Shown here: one piece after another, positions 18,184 to 27,290 of the stretch | Layout of the letters: the number at the start of each line of letters is the position of its first letter | Numbering within the stretch: the stretch's first letter is position 1 | Notes under the pieces: model-generated | The model's database searches: none | What the model saw: only the letters and a program-made list of their open reading frames with translations | What the model was told of the DNA's origin: nothing | Translations under genes and position numbers: made by a program | Origin: Methanobacteriota archaeon | GTDB lineage: Archaea; Thermoplasmatota; Thermoplasmata; RBG-16-68-12 | DNA length: 64,000 nucleotides | Assembly (NCBI GenBank): GCA_947084985.1 | Contig: CAMTUI010000023.1 | Span: 25,724 to 89,723, forward strand | Reading direction: 5' to 3'

Positions 18184-19254
18184 CTACTCTTCGCGCTTCT
18201 TGCGCCGCCGGTTCGCGAAGACGATCGTCCCGATGACGAGGACCGCCATCGCGGCGAGCGTCCCGCCGTAAAGAAGGAAGTCCGCCTGCAGCAGGGGGGG
18301 ACGGCTCACGACGTCCTCGAAGGCCGCGCTGCGCACGCCGATCGTCGGATCGTGGACCAGCTGGACAACCGACTGACCGCCGGTTAGGTAAAACAGATAC
18401 AGATCGTACTCGCCCGCCTCGCTCCCGGAACCGGTCATCCAGTCCACCGGGATCCGGCTCCCATCCACGGTCGCAGTCTCCGCCCAAGAGAAGAACGCGA
18501 GCGAGGGCGCATTCGGTGGACCGCCCGTCACATTCATCGCGGCGTCGTCGACCGCGAAGCCGTGCAACTCGTCCCAGGTCACGTCGGAATACTCCACGTC
18601 CTCCCCGGTTTCCATCCGGAATTCGATTCCGATGTACGCACCGACTTGCATCGCGGGGCGGTTGATCTCGATGTCCACCTTGACCTCCATGGGGGTGAGA
18701 ATCCGATTCGCGGACAGGCGCATGAACCGCTCGGCGACTGTGAGGTTCAGGCTCACGAGCCCGGTCCGGCTCGTGACGTTCAGGTAGTGTACGCGGCCGC
18801 CATCCTCGTTTGGCATTTCGACATGGCTACTGTTCACGTCGCCGAACGCGGAGCTCCCGAGGGATTCGGATGGGACAATCTCTCCGTCGTCCACAAGACC
18901 ATTTCCGTTCTCGTCCAGCCACTGAACGAGGCTCTTTAGCTCGAGCGTGTAGGAGACACCGCCACCGCCGGGCTTCACGTAGTACACGTCGAACTTCCCG
19001 TCGGAGAAGGAGACTCCGAACTGGTCCTCGGAAGGTGCGCTCACTAGCCGGCTCGTGAAGCTCAGCCCACCTCGCTGGGCCACCGCGCTGACGACACGCT
19101 GCGTCGCGGTCTCGACCGCGTCGGGGACGGAGTCGTTGTCGGCGTCATGGGCCTGGGATTGCGCGACGCCGGACGCAAGGGCCAAGGCGAGGGCGCTGGA
19201 GAAGGCGAACGCCCAAATCGCGCGGCTGTGCCGGGTCACGGAGAACGTCCTCAC
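18184..19254 (-). CDS. Secreted, C-terminally anchored hypothetical protein
   Basis: Signal peptide, DADNDSVPD and DENGNGLVD Ca-loop-like motifs, LVHDPTIGV, C-terminal TM + RRRKKR; ATATATAT box ~21 nt upstream. Confidence 0.8.
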   Translation of the reverse strand: MRTFSVTRHSRAIWAFAFSSALALALASGVAQSQAHDADNDSVPDAVETATQRVVSAVAQRGGLSFTSRLVSAPSEDQFGVSFSDGKFDVYYVKPGGGGVSYTLELKSLVQWLDENGNGLVDDGEIVPSESLGSSAFGDVNSSHVEMPNEDGGRVHYLNVTSRTGLVSLNLTVAERFMRLSANRILTPMEVKVDIEINRPAMQVGAYIGIEFRMETGEDVEYSDVTWDELHGFAVDDAAMNVTGGPPNAPSLAFFSWAETATVDGSRIPVDWMTGSGSEAGEYDLYLFYLTGGQSVVQLVHDPTIGVRSAAFEDVVSRPPLLQADFLLYGGTLAAMAVLVIGTIVFANRRRKKREE

Positions 19255-19375
19255 GTCTCGGATGGAGGCGACGATATATATGGAGCTTATTTTACGGTTT
19301 TCGAAGCTTCACGCCTGCCCCCTTGACGCTCATGCTGGCCGACCGCGAACAGCCATCCAACCTCCCGGCGCGGCA

Positions 19376-19597
19376 TCACTCGCGGACGACTTCCCCGAAC
19401 GCCATGCGCCGGTGGACCTTGGTAATTCGGATCTTCACTTCGTCCCCGATCTTCGTGCCGGGGACGAACACGACGAAGTTCTGAATCCGCGCGAGTCCGT
19501 CGCCCTCTCGTCCGATGTCCTCGATCTTGGCCTCGTAGACCTTCCCCTCCTCCACGGGCACATTCACAGGTCGCGGGCCACCCCCCGAATACGACAT
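19376..19597 (-). CDS. Single TRAM-domain RNA chaperone (archaeal cold-shock type)
   Basis: PVEEGKVYEAKIEDIGREGDGLARIQNFVVFVPGTKIGDEV; GGGGAG SD before the ATG at 19597. Confidence 0.92.
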   Translation of the reverse strand: MSYSGGGPRPVNVPVEEGKVYEAKIEDIGREGDGLARIQNFVVFVPGTKIGDEVKIRITKVHRRMAFGEVVRE

Positions 19598-19704
19598 CCG
19601 TCTCCCCATGCGGCGACCGTCGTCGCCGACGCGTTCGCATCGGTGTGTGCGGTATTTAACGATATAGGGGGTGGCCTCAGCGGCCACAAGAGGGCATGAA
19701 CGCC

Positions 19705-20163
19705 CTACGACTCCCGTAGCGCGCTGAGGTCCTTCTCGACGTCGGAAGGGCGCGCAAAGCGAAGGGAGAGGATTAGCAAGACGATTCCGACGATCAATAC
19801 GATCAAACCGACCGCCGTCACGAGACGATTCACCGGGCCGAAGACATCGAACGCCAGATACTCACCGAATGGGATGCTCAGGACGTCGTGAAGCCACGAG
19901 CCGAGGGCAATCCCGGGTCCGCCCAGGAGGATCAAGAAAATCCCGGCGTAGAAAAGGAACTTTTCACGGAATCCGGCGCGGCGCTCGGAAGCATCCTCGT
20001 CCTCCGCTTCCGAAGCGTCTTCGACCGGCGCCGTCGAGTGAACGGGCTCAGAGATGAGCTCTTGCTCGAAAAGCTCCCCGCACTGCGGGCATTCCGAGGC
20101 TTCGAGCGGCACGACCGCCTTGCAGGTCGGACATTCCGCCATGAGAGCCTGCGACTGAGCCAT
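19705..20163 (-). CDS. Zinc-ribbon protein with two C-terminal TM helices
   Basis: CPTC...CPQCG, acidic linker, two hydrophobic helices. Confidence 0.75.
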   Translation of the reverse strand: MAQSQALMAECPTCKAVVPLEASECPQCGELFEQELISEPVHSTAPVEDASEAEDEDASERRAGFREKFLFYAGIFLILLGGPGIALGSWLHDVLSIPFGEYLAFDVFGPVNRLVTAVGLIVLIVGIVLLILSLRFARPSDVEKDLSALRES

Positions 20164-20330
20164 TTCGATGCGTCCCCGCTCCTGACGTTCGAGGGTATAG
20201 TCATTTGCTCCCGCCTATCCAAATTGAGAAACGGTAACTGGGAACGACGAGCGCCGCATCTAATCCGGCGGCTCTGACCATACAGGAAAAGCGGAAGGGC
20301 CCGGGCGCACGGACACCCGGGCGTGCGCTC

Positions 20331-20702
20331 TCAGCCCGCCTTGAAGGCCTCGGCAATCGCTTCGGAGACCGGCGGCCAGACGAGTAGAGTGGCCACGAGC
20401 ATGAGGACCATGAATACGCCGAACCACTTCTTCACGCTGACCTCGCGTCGCCGCAGGACGAGGTGGAGGACAACCCAGCTCCCGAACCAGCCCGCGAACA
20501 GGAAGACCTCCTTCCCGCTGTAGGGTCCGATCCCGGAGTTCAGGGTGATCGCTGCCTTGAAGCCCGTGTCGATCGCCGAGTAGATGTTCGCGAGCCCGAG
20601 GCTGAGCAGTCCGATCGCCGCCGCGAGGAGAGCTGCCATCGCTGCGCCCGTCGGAAACTTCAGAGCCGGAGGCTCTTGGTATGCCTCAGATACCGTGTTC
20701 AT
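20331..20702 (-). CDS. Hypothetical 3-TM membrane protein
   Basis: PTGAAMAALLAAAIG, GPYSGKE, W...W..LH, WPP; 3 nt downstream of its partner gene. Confidence 0.75.
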   Translation of the reverse strand: MNTVSEAYQEPPALKFPTGAAMAALLAAAIGLLSLGLANIYSAIDTGFKAAITLNSGIGPYSGKEVFLFAGWFGSWVVLHLVLRRREVSVKKWFGVFMVLMLVATLLVWPPVSEAIAEAFKAG

Positions 20703-20705
20703 CGC

Positions 20706-21335
20706 TCACACCCCCCGGAGCTTCGTGATGGCAGCCCCGAGGACGTACGCGAGGATCATGTAGACCCAGCCCAGTAGGACAGAGAGGGACGCCGCGGCCC
20801 GGAGCTCCTTGTGCTTGACGATCCCCGGTCCGTACCGCCAGAGGAGGAACGTGGCTGCGAGCATCATCGGCAAGGTGAAGAGCGCGATGAACTCCTTGAA
20901 CTCGAAGAAGATCTCGTGGATCTCGGGCAGCGTCCCCAGGAAGTAGCTTCGCGGTCCGCCGGCCGCGCGGTACGCGATGTAAATCCAGTTCCCGAAGGCA
21001 ATCGTCACGGCGGACATGACCGCCGAGAAAGCGGTGAGCCATTTCAGGTCCCGGAAGGCCGTGAGCTGGCCTGTGTACAACCGCCATGCGAGATACGTGG
21101 CGATCGTCGATCCCAAAAGGAAGACCGTTGCACCGAGTCCATGAAACGCACTGACAAAGTGCCACTGCGTGTCGCCGACGAGATCCGTGACGGGCGCCGT
21201 AATCGCAGCCACCAGACCAATGACCGCGATCGCGCCGACCGTGAGGATCAGCAACGTCGCCAGCGAAGGCTCCATCCGCCGAATGCGGTTGATGATGGGG
21301 ATTTCCATCCGCTTCTCCCTCGGCGGAGGGGACAT
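20706..21335 (-). CDS. Hypothetical 5-TM membrane protein with intramembrane His residues
   Basis: HFVSAFHGL, GNWIYIAYRA, P..HEIFFEFKEFIAL; hydrophobic helices. Confidence 0.78.
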   Translation of the reverse strand: MSPPPREKRMEIPIINRIRRMEPSLATLLILTVGAIAVIGLVAAITAPVTDLVGDTQWHFVSAFHGLGATVFLLGSTIATYLAWRLYTGQLTAFRDLKWLTAFSAVMSAVTIAFGNWIYIAYRAAGGPRSYFLGTLPEIHEIFFEFKEFIALFTLPMMLAATFLLWRYGPGIVKHKELRAAASLSVLLGWVYMILAYVLGAAITKLRGV

Positions 21336-21425
21336 AGGCGTTCGTCTATGTACGTTCAGCCCTTAGTGTATATTCAGGGCTGCATATGCCATTGGTGTAC
21401 GCGGCCCCGCGAGGGCCGGAGGGCT

Positions 21426-21716
21426 TCACAGGGCCGGCCTCGGCTTCGCGAGCCAGGGCACGTGGACCTGGCCGACGAGATCGCGCCACTCCGCGGGCAT
21501 CGGTTGACCGGATTCGTCGCGCCGGTACCAGTCGGTCACCTGATCGACCTTGACGTCCCGGCCCGTGATCGTGATCATGAGGGCGTTTCGGACGTTCGCG
21601 GCGGCCTCCGCCGCAATCTGGTTCTCGAAGATCGCGGCATAGGGCGTCTGGGACATCCACCAGAGGACGAGGTAATACGTCTTCCGGGCGGGACTCCGGG
21701 GGCGTTTCGATTTCAT
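21426..21716 (-). CDS. Hypothetical protein (96 aa)
   Basis: Protein-like composition, fills a gap with no better ORF. Confidence 0.6.
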   Translation of the reverse strand: MKSKRPRSPARKTYYLVLWWMSQTPYAAIFENQIAAEAAANVRNALMITITGRDVKVDQVTDWYRRDESGQPMPAEWRDLVGQVHVPWLAKPRPAL

Positions 21717-21826
21717 CTCGGGTTGGAATCCTTTCGACGGGGGTGGGCCCGCCGACGGGATAGAAAGACGAGGTGGTGCGATAAAGCGCTTATTGGACGG
21801 TTCTCAATAACGATACGTAAGCGGCG

Positions 21827-22426
21827 TCAGTCCTCGAACCAGGCGCCGCAGGTGCATTGGACCGCATCGAGGGCCACGTGGGTGCCGCATCGCGGGCACG
21901 CGTACGCGACATTCTCCGCCCCGGGTTCGAACTCCACGCCGCACACCGGACAGGCGTCCTCCAGGATCGGCACAAGGGAGCCGCACTCCGGGCACGCGGA
22001 CGTGGCCGACGTCGAGGCCGCGAACCGCACACCGCAGGCGCACGACGTCGCCTCCTCGGAAACGAACCGGCCGCACGCGGGACACTGGAACAGCTCGATC
22101 GTCTCTTCTTGCACCGCCGGCGGTCGGGGGGCGATCTCCTCGGAGACGTCATGGATCTTCTGCAGGTCCGCGAGCAGCTCCGCAAGGCTCCGGGGTGGCG
22201 CAGGAGGTTCCGCCTTCGGCACCGGGATCGACCGGAACCCGGCGCGCCCGGAACCGTATGCGCCCCCCGTGCTCCCGGCGAACGCGGTGCCACAGTGCTG
22301 GCATCGATCGAGCTCGAACGGCGTGAGCTCCCGGCAGCTCCAGCATAGGATCCGGGGAGCGCCGTGTGCGCTCTCACGACCGTCCCGTGGAGGCGAACCC
22401 GAGCGATCGACCGTTTGCGTCACCAT
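21827..22426 (-). CDS. Multi-zinc-ribbon protein (4 ribbons)
   Basis: CWSC..CQHC, CPAC..CAC, CPEC..CPVC, CPRC..CTC; this is the real 3' end of the long 21827..25144 shadow ORF. Confidence 0.8.
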   Translation of the reverse strand: MVTQTVDRSGSPPRDGRESAHGAPRILCWSCRELTPFELDRCQHCGTAFAGSTGGAYGSGRAGFRSIPVPKAEPPAPPRSLAELLADLQKIHDVSEEIAPRPPAVQEETIELFQCPACGRFVSEEATSCACGVRFAASTSATSACPECGSLVPILEDACPVCGVEFEPGAENVAYACPRCGTHVALDAVQCTCGAWFED

Positions 22427-22600
22427 GGAACCGGATCCCCGAGGGCCGGGGCGCATCACGGTCTGCGACCATAACAGATTAGTCAAGACTTGCATGCCGT
22501 GATAATCAAGTTCGAGTCCGGTCCGCGAGTGCGCTCGGCCGCGCCGCGCTCCCGCGGACCGCGAATGATTTAAGTGGCGGCCCTCCTTGGAGTCGCGGTC

Positions 22601-24736
22601 ATGGCGAAGATTCTCGTGTGCGTCGCGTGGCCTTACGCCTCCGGACCGAGGCACCTCGGCCACGCTGCCTCCACTTTCATCCCGGCGGACGTCGTCGCGC
22701 GCTACCACCGCATGACGGGGGACGATGTCCTCATGGTCGGTGGGAGCGACATGCACGGTACCCCGATGATGGTCCGAGCCGATGAGGAGGGCGTCACCGC
22801 GCGGGAGGTCGCGGAGCGGTACCACGCCCTTCACGCGAAGAACATCGAGCAGCTCGGGGTCCGGTACGACCTGTACTGGAACACGGCGGCGGACGACCAC
22901 AAGGCGTGGGTCCAGGAGATCTTCCTCACGCTGAGGTCGAAGGGCCACGTGTACGAAGCCACGATGACCGCGCCGTTCTGCACGACGGACAATCGCTTCC
23001 TGCCGGACCGGTACGTCGAGGGCACCTGCCCGAACTGCGGCTTTGAGCGGGCCCGCGGGGACCAGTGCGACAATTGCGGAAGGCTCTGGGACCCGTTCGA
23101 GTTGAAGGACCCGCGCTGCCGCATCCACGGCACGACGCCGATTCCGAAAGACACGAACCATTTCTTCTTTCGGCTGAGCGCGTTTGAGGAGCCGCTGAAG
23201 CGATGGCTTGCTTCGGGCAAGGAAGATTGGCGTCACCACGTCCTGACGTTCGCGCGGAGCTGGCTCGAGGAAGGCTTGAAGGACCGCCCGATCACGCGGG
23301 ACCTCGATTGGGGCGTGGAGGTGCCCGTCCCGGGCTACGAGTCGAAGCGCATCTACGTGTGGTTCGAGGCCGTGATGGGCTACCTGACCGCGACGAAGGA
23401 ATGGTTCAAGCTCCACGGCACGCCGGACGGCTGGAAGGATTTCTGGTATGAGCGCGAGGCGCGGCACTACTACTTCACCGGGAAGGACAACATCGTCTTC
23501 CACACGATCATCTGGCCCGCAATCCTCCTCGGATACGACGACAAGCTCGATTTGCCCTACGACGTGCCGGCGACGCAGTACCTGAACTTCTCCGGGGAAC
23601 GGATGAGCACGGGGCGCGGCCGCGGGGTCTGGCTGCCGGACCTCCTCGCGCAGTTCGATCCGGACCAGCTGCGCTACTACGCCCTCGCGACGATGCCGGA
23701 GACGAAGGACACCGACTTCAGCTGGGAGGACTTCGCCCAGCGGAACAACAGCGAGCTCCTGGCGATCTACGGGAACTTCGCGCACCGCGCGCTGACGTTC
23801 GCCGACAAGAACTTCGACCACAAGGTCCCGGCCGCGGGATTCCTCGACGCGACGGACAAAGCGATGGTCCGGTCGATCGAGCAACAGTGGACGAAGGTCG
23901 GGCAGAACCTCGAGTACGTGCACCTCAAAGACGCGACGCGGGAGGCGATCCAGCTCGCCCGCCTCGGGAACCAGTACTTCGACCAGAAGGCGCCCTGGGA
24001 TCTCATCAAGAAGGACCGCGCGGCCTGTGGGACCGCGATCCACGTCGCGCTCCGCGTGAGCCGCGCCCTCGCGATCCTCATGGCACCGTTCCTGCCGGCA
24101 AGCTCGGCGCGCCTCTGGTCCGCCCTCGGTTACGATTCCGACGTCCACACGATGCGCTGGGACGACGCGCTCGAGGACGTCCACGCGGGCCAGACGCTCC
24201 GCGTCGGGAAGCCTCTCTTCGCGAAGATCGAGTTCGAGGAGGCGAAGGAGGATCCGACCGAACGATTCGATGTCCGCGTCGCGCAGATCGTGGACATCAA
24301 GGAGCATCCGAATGCGGACAAGCTCTACGTCCTTCAGGTGGACCTGGGGGACGAGAGGCGGCAGATCGTCGCGGGGATCCGTGAGAACTACCGGATCGAC
24401 CAGCTGAGGGGCCGGAAAATCGCCCTCCTGGCGAACCTCGAGCCGGCGCGGCTGCGGGGGATCGAGAGCCGCGGGATGCTCCTCGCCGGGGAGGACGACA
24501 AGGATGTCGGCCTCGTCCTGCCTCCGGAGCATGCGCCCGTTGGCACTCAGGTCCTCGGCGTCAAGGGCGCCCCTCCGCTCCCCTTCTCGGAATTCCAGAA
24601 GTTCAGGCTGCAGGTCGGGGACGGAGGCGGCGTTCTGTTCCTCGGCAGGGACGGCGAGGTCCGCATCCCGCTCCGAGTGGGCGATTTCCCACTCCGCGTC
24701 GACAAGGGTCTCCCGGACGGCACGCGGGTCCACTGA
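22601..24736 (+). CDS. metG: Methionine--tRNA ligase with C-terminal tRNA-binding OB fold
   Basis: AWPYASGPRHLGH, GSDMHGTP, Zn knuckles, ITRDLDWG, YVWFEA, GKDNIVFH, HPNADKL. Confidence 0.97.
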   Translation: MAKILVCVAWPYASGPRHLGHAASTFIPADVVARYHRMTGDDVLMVGGSDMHGTPMMVRADEEGVTAREVAERYHALHAKNIEQLGVRYDLYWNTAADDHKAWVQEIFLTLRSKGHVYEATMTAPFCTTDNRFLPDRYVEGTCPNCGFERARGDQCDNCGRLWDPFELKDPRCRIHGTTPIPKDTNHFFFRLSAFEEPLKRWLASGKEDWRHHVLTFARSWLEEGLKDRPITRDLDWGVEVPVPGYESKRIYVWFEAVMGYLTATKEWFKLHGTPDGWKDFWYEREARHYYFTGKDNIVFHTIIWPAILLGYDDKLDLPYDVPATQYLNFSGERMSTGRGRGVWLPDLLAQFDPDQLRYYALATMPETKDTDFSWEDFAQRNNSELLAIYGNFAHRALTFADKNFDHKVPAAGFLDATDKAMVRSIEQQWTKVGQNLEYVHLKDATREAIQLARLGNQYFDQKAPWDLIKKDRAACGTAIHVALRVSRALAILMAPFLPASSARLWSALGYDSDVHTMRWDDALEDVHAGQTLRVGKPLFAKIEFEEAKEDPTERFDVRVAQIVDIKEHPNADKLYVLQVDLGDERRQIVAGIRENYRIDQLRGRKIALLANLEPARLRGIESRGMLLAGEDDKDVGLVLPPEHAPVGTQVLGVKGAPPLPFSEFQKFRLQVGDGGGVLFLGRDGEVRIPLRVGDFPLRVDKGLPDGTRVH

Positions 24737-24771
24737 GACCGATGGCATGAACCGCGCGGAGGTCCGGGCAT

Positions 24772-25224
24772 TCACGCAGCGCCGGCGGCGGTCACCGCGA
24801 TCACCCATGCCTGTGCCCGGAGCGCGAGCCCAAGGGCGAGCTCCCTCTCGATCGGACGGAGCTCCGGGTCCACGTATGTGAGTCTCACGCCGCTCCAGGT
24901 GGTCTTGCCCTCCACGGCGGGTCGGACGTCGTCGACGATTCGCACACGACCCGCGAACGCGGACTCGATCCGGTACCTCCGACCGCGCCACGTGAAGGTC
25001 GTGTTCCTCCATCGGAAGCGGATCTCGAGCAGCCCGGCGGGCGAGTCGATGTGGATACGGTCCCGCATCGAGTCGTACCGCACGCGACCCGGAGGCACGC
25101 CGGACGGGCCCTCCACGAGGTGCCAGCCCCCGCGGCCCCGCCACACCGCGCTCGATGCGCCGTCCACGAGGACCCGATGGTGGAGCAACCCCACCCGCGC
25201 CTCGACGACCACGGACGGGCGCAT
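24772..25224 (-). CDS. Hypothetical protein (150 aa, beta-rich)
   Basis: ATG at 25224 with TTTATC box upstream; convergent with metG. Confidence 0.6.
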   Translation of the reverse strand: MRPSVVVEARVGLLHHRVLVDGASSAVWRGRGGWHLVEGPSGVPPGRVRYDSMRDRIHIDSPAGLLEIRFRWRNTTFTWRGRRYRIESAFAGRVRIVDDVRPAVEGKTTWSGVRLTYVDPELRPIERELALGLALRAQAWVIAVTAAGAA

Positions 25225-25306
25225 GTCGCCGCGGTCCGATAAAGACCGTGCGGGAATGCCCGGCCCCAAGGCTTTAAGCGACCCGTCCGGTTTGCGGCCC
25301 TCCTTC

Positions 25307-25969
25307 ATGCTCCTGGACCTCCACAACCATACGCGATACTCCCCGGATTCCCGTGTAGCCCCGCCGGACCTCGTCTCGCTCGCGCAGCGCATCGGCCTCC
25401 ACGGTCTCGCGATCACGGACCACAACTCCGTCGGGGGCATCGCGGAAGCAGAGGCCGCGGCGGGGCCAGATTTCCTCGTCATCCCGGCCGTCGAAATCTC
25501 CACCCGATCCGGACATGTCCTCGGCTATGGCGTCCGCGAGCTGATCCCGCGCGACGCGTCCGTGGCGGAAACGGTCGAGCGGATCGTGGCCGCCGGCGGC
25601 ATCGCGGTCGCCGCCCACCCGTACCGCTTCTGGTCCGGCCTCGGAGAGGCGGGCATCTCGGCGACGACCTTCCCGGCGTACGAGACCTGCAACGGACGCA
25701 CCCTGCGTCGAGGGAACGAACGTGCGCGTGCTCGCGCGCGTGCGCGGAAGGTCGGCGAAACGGGTGGGAGCGACAGCCATTTCCTCGATGAGGTCGCCAG
25801 GGCGGTGACCGCCGTGAACGCGGGATCCCTTCGCCTGGACGACGTCCTGCAGATGATCGGCCAAGGCAGGACGAAGGCGCAGGGGATCGATCGCGGCGCC
25901 ACCGCGACCCCACGCTACGTGACGAAATGCGTGGGCGAATGGATCCTGCGCGGGATGCGCAGGATCTGA
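25307..25969 (+). CDS. PHP domain metal-dependent phosphoesterase
   Basis: DLHNHTRYSPDS, AITDHN, EIST..GH, AHP, GGSDSH; TTTAAG box upstream. Confidence 0.92.
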   Translation: MLLDLHNHTRYSPDSRVAPPDLVSLAQRIGLHGLAITDHNSVGGIAEAEAAAGPDFLVIPAVEISTRSGHVLGYGVRELIPRDASVAETVERIVAAGGIAVAAHPYRFWSGLGEAGISATTFPAYETCNGRTLRRGNERARARARARKVGETGGSDSHFLDEVARAVTAVNAGSLRLDDVLQMIGQGRTKAQGIDRGATATPRYVTKCVGEWILRGMRRI

Positions 25970-26335
25970 CTACAGGTTCTCTTCGATCCGGCCGAGGAAC
26001 TTCTCGAGGGCGGGCTTCATCCGCGCGACGTCCGACGAGGCGGAGGTGCGGAACACGAGCAGAGCCTTCGGACCTGCGTGGACGATCACGATTTTGCTCG
26101 CCGGGGAGTTGATGACGACGTTGTCCAGGGGTTCCTTGAGCTCCGACGTGGCGTTCTCCGCCGCACCGAGCAGGATCGCGAACATCGCCGCGAAGGTCTC
26201 CACGTGGACCCCCTTCGGCACGGAGCCACCGATGTACGTGCCGTTCCGGGACACGAGAATCGAGTCCTGGACGCCCTCGCTGCGCTCGAACTCGTGGAGG
26301 ATCGCCTCGAGGGCGGTGACGTCGGCCATGGTCAT
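25970..26335 (-). CDS. Stand-alone Roadblock/LC7 domain protein
   Basis: GVQDSILVSRNG, ETFAAMFAILLGAAE, IVIVHAGPKALL. Confidence 0.88.
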   Translation of the reverse strand: MTMADVTALEAILHEFERSEGVQDSILVSRNGTYIGGSVPKGVHVETFAAMFAILLGAAENATSELKEPLDNVVINSPASKIVIVHAGPKALLVFRTSASSDVARMKPALEKFLGRIEENL

Positions 26336-26412
26336 GCCTCGTGGGAGGGCTAGCCCGGATGGAAGCCTCTCGGGATTAAACCTTTCCGCTGTGAATTTCA
26401 GGCGGAGAATCG

Positions 26413-26820
26413 TCAGAGGCCACGGAGGAGTTCGTGCATTGCGAGAGCCGCATCGACCGCGTCACCGCCCTTGTCGACCCGTGCCATCGCCTGGTCGTCC
26501 GTCATCCCGGGTCCCGTGATCGCGAGGCCGACCGGCTTCCCGGTCCGCAGGCCGATCTCGATGAGGGCCTTCGGGACCGCGGCCATGAGCGCCTCATCGT
26601 GGAGGGTCTCCCCCTTGATCACGGCGCCGATCGCCACCGCGCCGTCGACGTCCGCACGGTCCAGAAGGCGGGACACGGCCCACGGGATCTCGAACGTGCC
26701 GGGCACCCGGACGACGGACGTCACGCGGATCCCGCGTTCCTTCGCCCGGGCAAGCGCCCGCTCGACCATGATGTCGGTCACCTCACGGTTGAAGTCCGCC
26801 GCGACGACGACGAGCCTCAC
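26413..26820 (-). CDS. ribH: 6,7-dimethyl-8-ribityllumazine synthase
   Basis: VAADFN, VPGTFEIP, GAVIKGETLHDE, KPVGLAITGPGM. Confidence 0.95.
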   Translation of the reverse strand: MRLVVVAADFNREVTDIMVERALARAKERGIRVTSVVRVPGTFEIPWAVSRLLDRADVDGAVAIGAVIKGETLHDEALMAAVPKALIEIGLRTGKPVGLAITGPGMTDDQAMARVDKGGDAVDAALAMHELLRGL

Positions 26821-27290
26821 GGGACCTTCACCCGCAGCGGCCCGGCGTCCGAGAATCCCTCCCGTTGACCCGTCCCCGCGCGGGCGCGGATCGCATGCGG
26901 ACGGAACAGGAGGTCGTACGCGTTGATCGCGTGTTCCCGCGTGCGCCGGTCGAAGAGCCACGCAAGCTGCGCCTCGTCTGCGGCCTCCTCCTCGTGGACC
27001 ATCACGCCCAGGATGTGCTTGCCGACCTGCGCCTGGACGAACTGCAGCCCGAAATCGGCCGCGAGGGCGCAGTCCTTGTCGACCTGCTGCCGTCCGACCA
27101 TGCCGAGGGCCAGCACGAGATCGCATCCCCGGTCGAAGAGGATCTTCGCGCCTGCGGCGAGGTCCTTGATCCCGGGGACCGTGTATCGCTCGACGAGGAA
27201 ACCGCCGCCCTGTTGCTGGAGTTCGTCGATCGCGGACGCCGCCATGTCGTACCGGGAGAAGGACGTGTCCACGATCCCGATGCGCTTCAG
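26817..27290 (-). CDS. ribC: Archaeal riboflavin synthase (start uncertain: CTG 27290 or ATG 27383)
   Basis: KRIGIVDTSFSRYDM, YTVPGIKDL, VHEEEA, AGTGQREGFSDAGP. Confidence 0.92.
   Translation of the reverse strand: MKRIGIVDTSFSRYDMAASAIDELQQQGGGFLVERYTVPGIKDLAAGAKILFDRGCDLVLALGMVGRQQVDKDCALAADFGLQFVQAQVGKHILGVMVHEEEAADEAQLAWLFDRRTREHAINAYDLLFRPHAIRARAGTGQREGFSDAGPLRVKVP

Noticed and set aside
22427..25144. 1105-aa minus-strand ORF (and similar long ORFs 2577..4346, 51475..53661, 59108..61873)
   Set aside because: Antisense shadows of real high-GC3 genes (metG, kaiC, PKD protein) or chance read-through into a real gene; only the recognisable segments were kept
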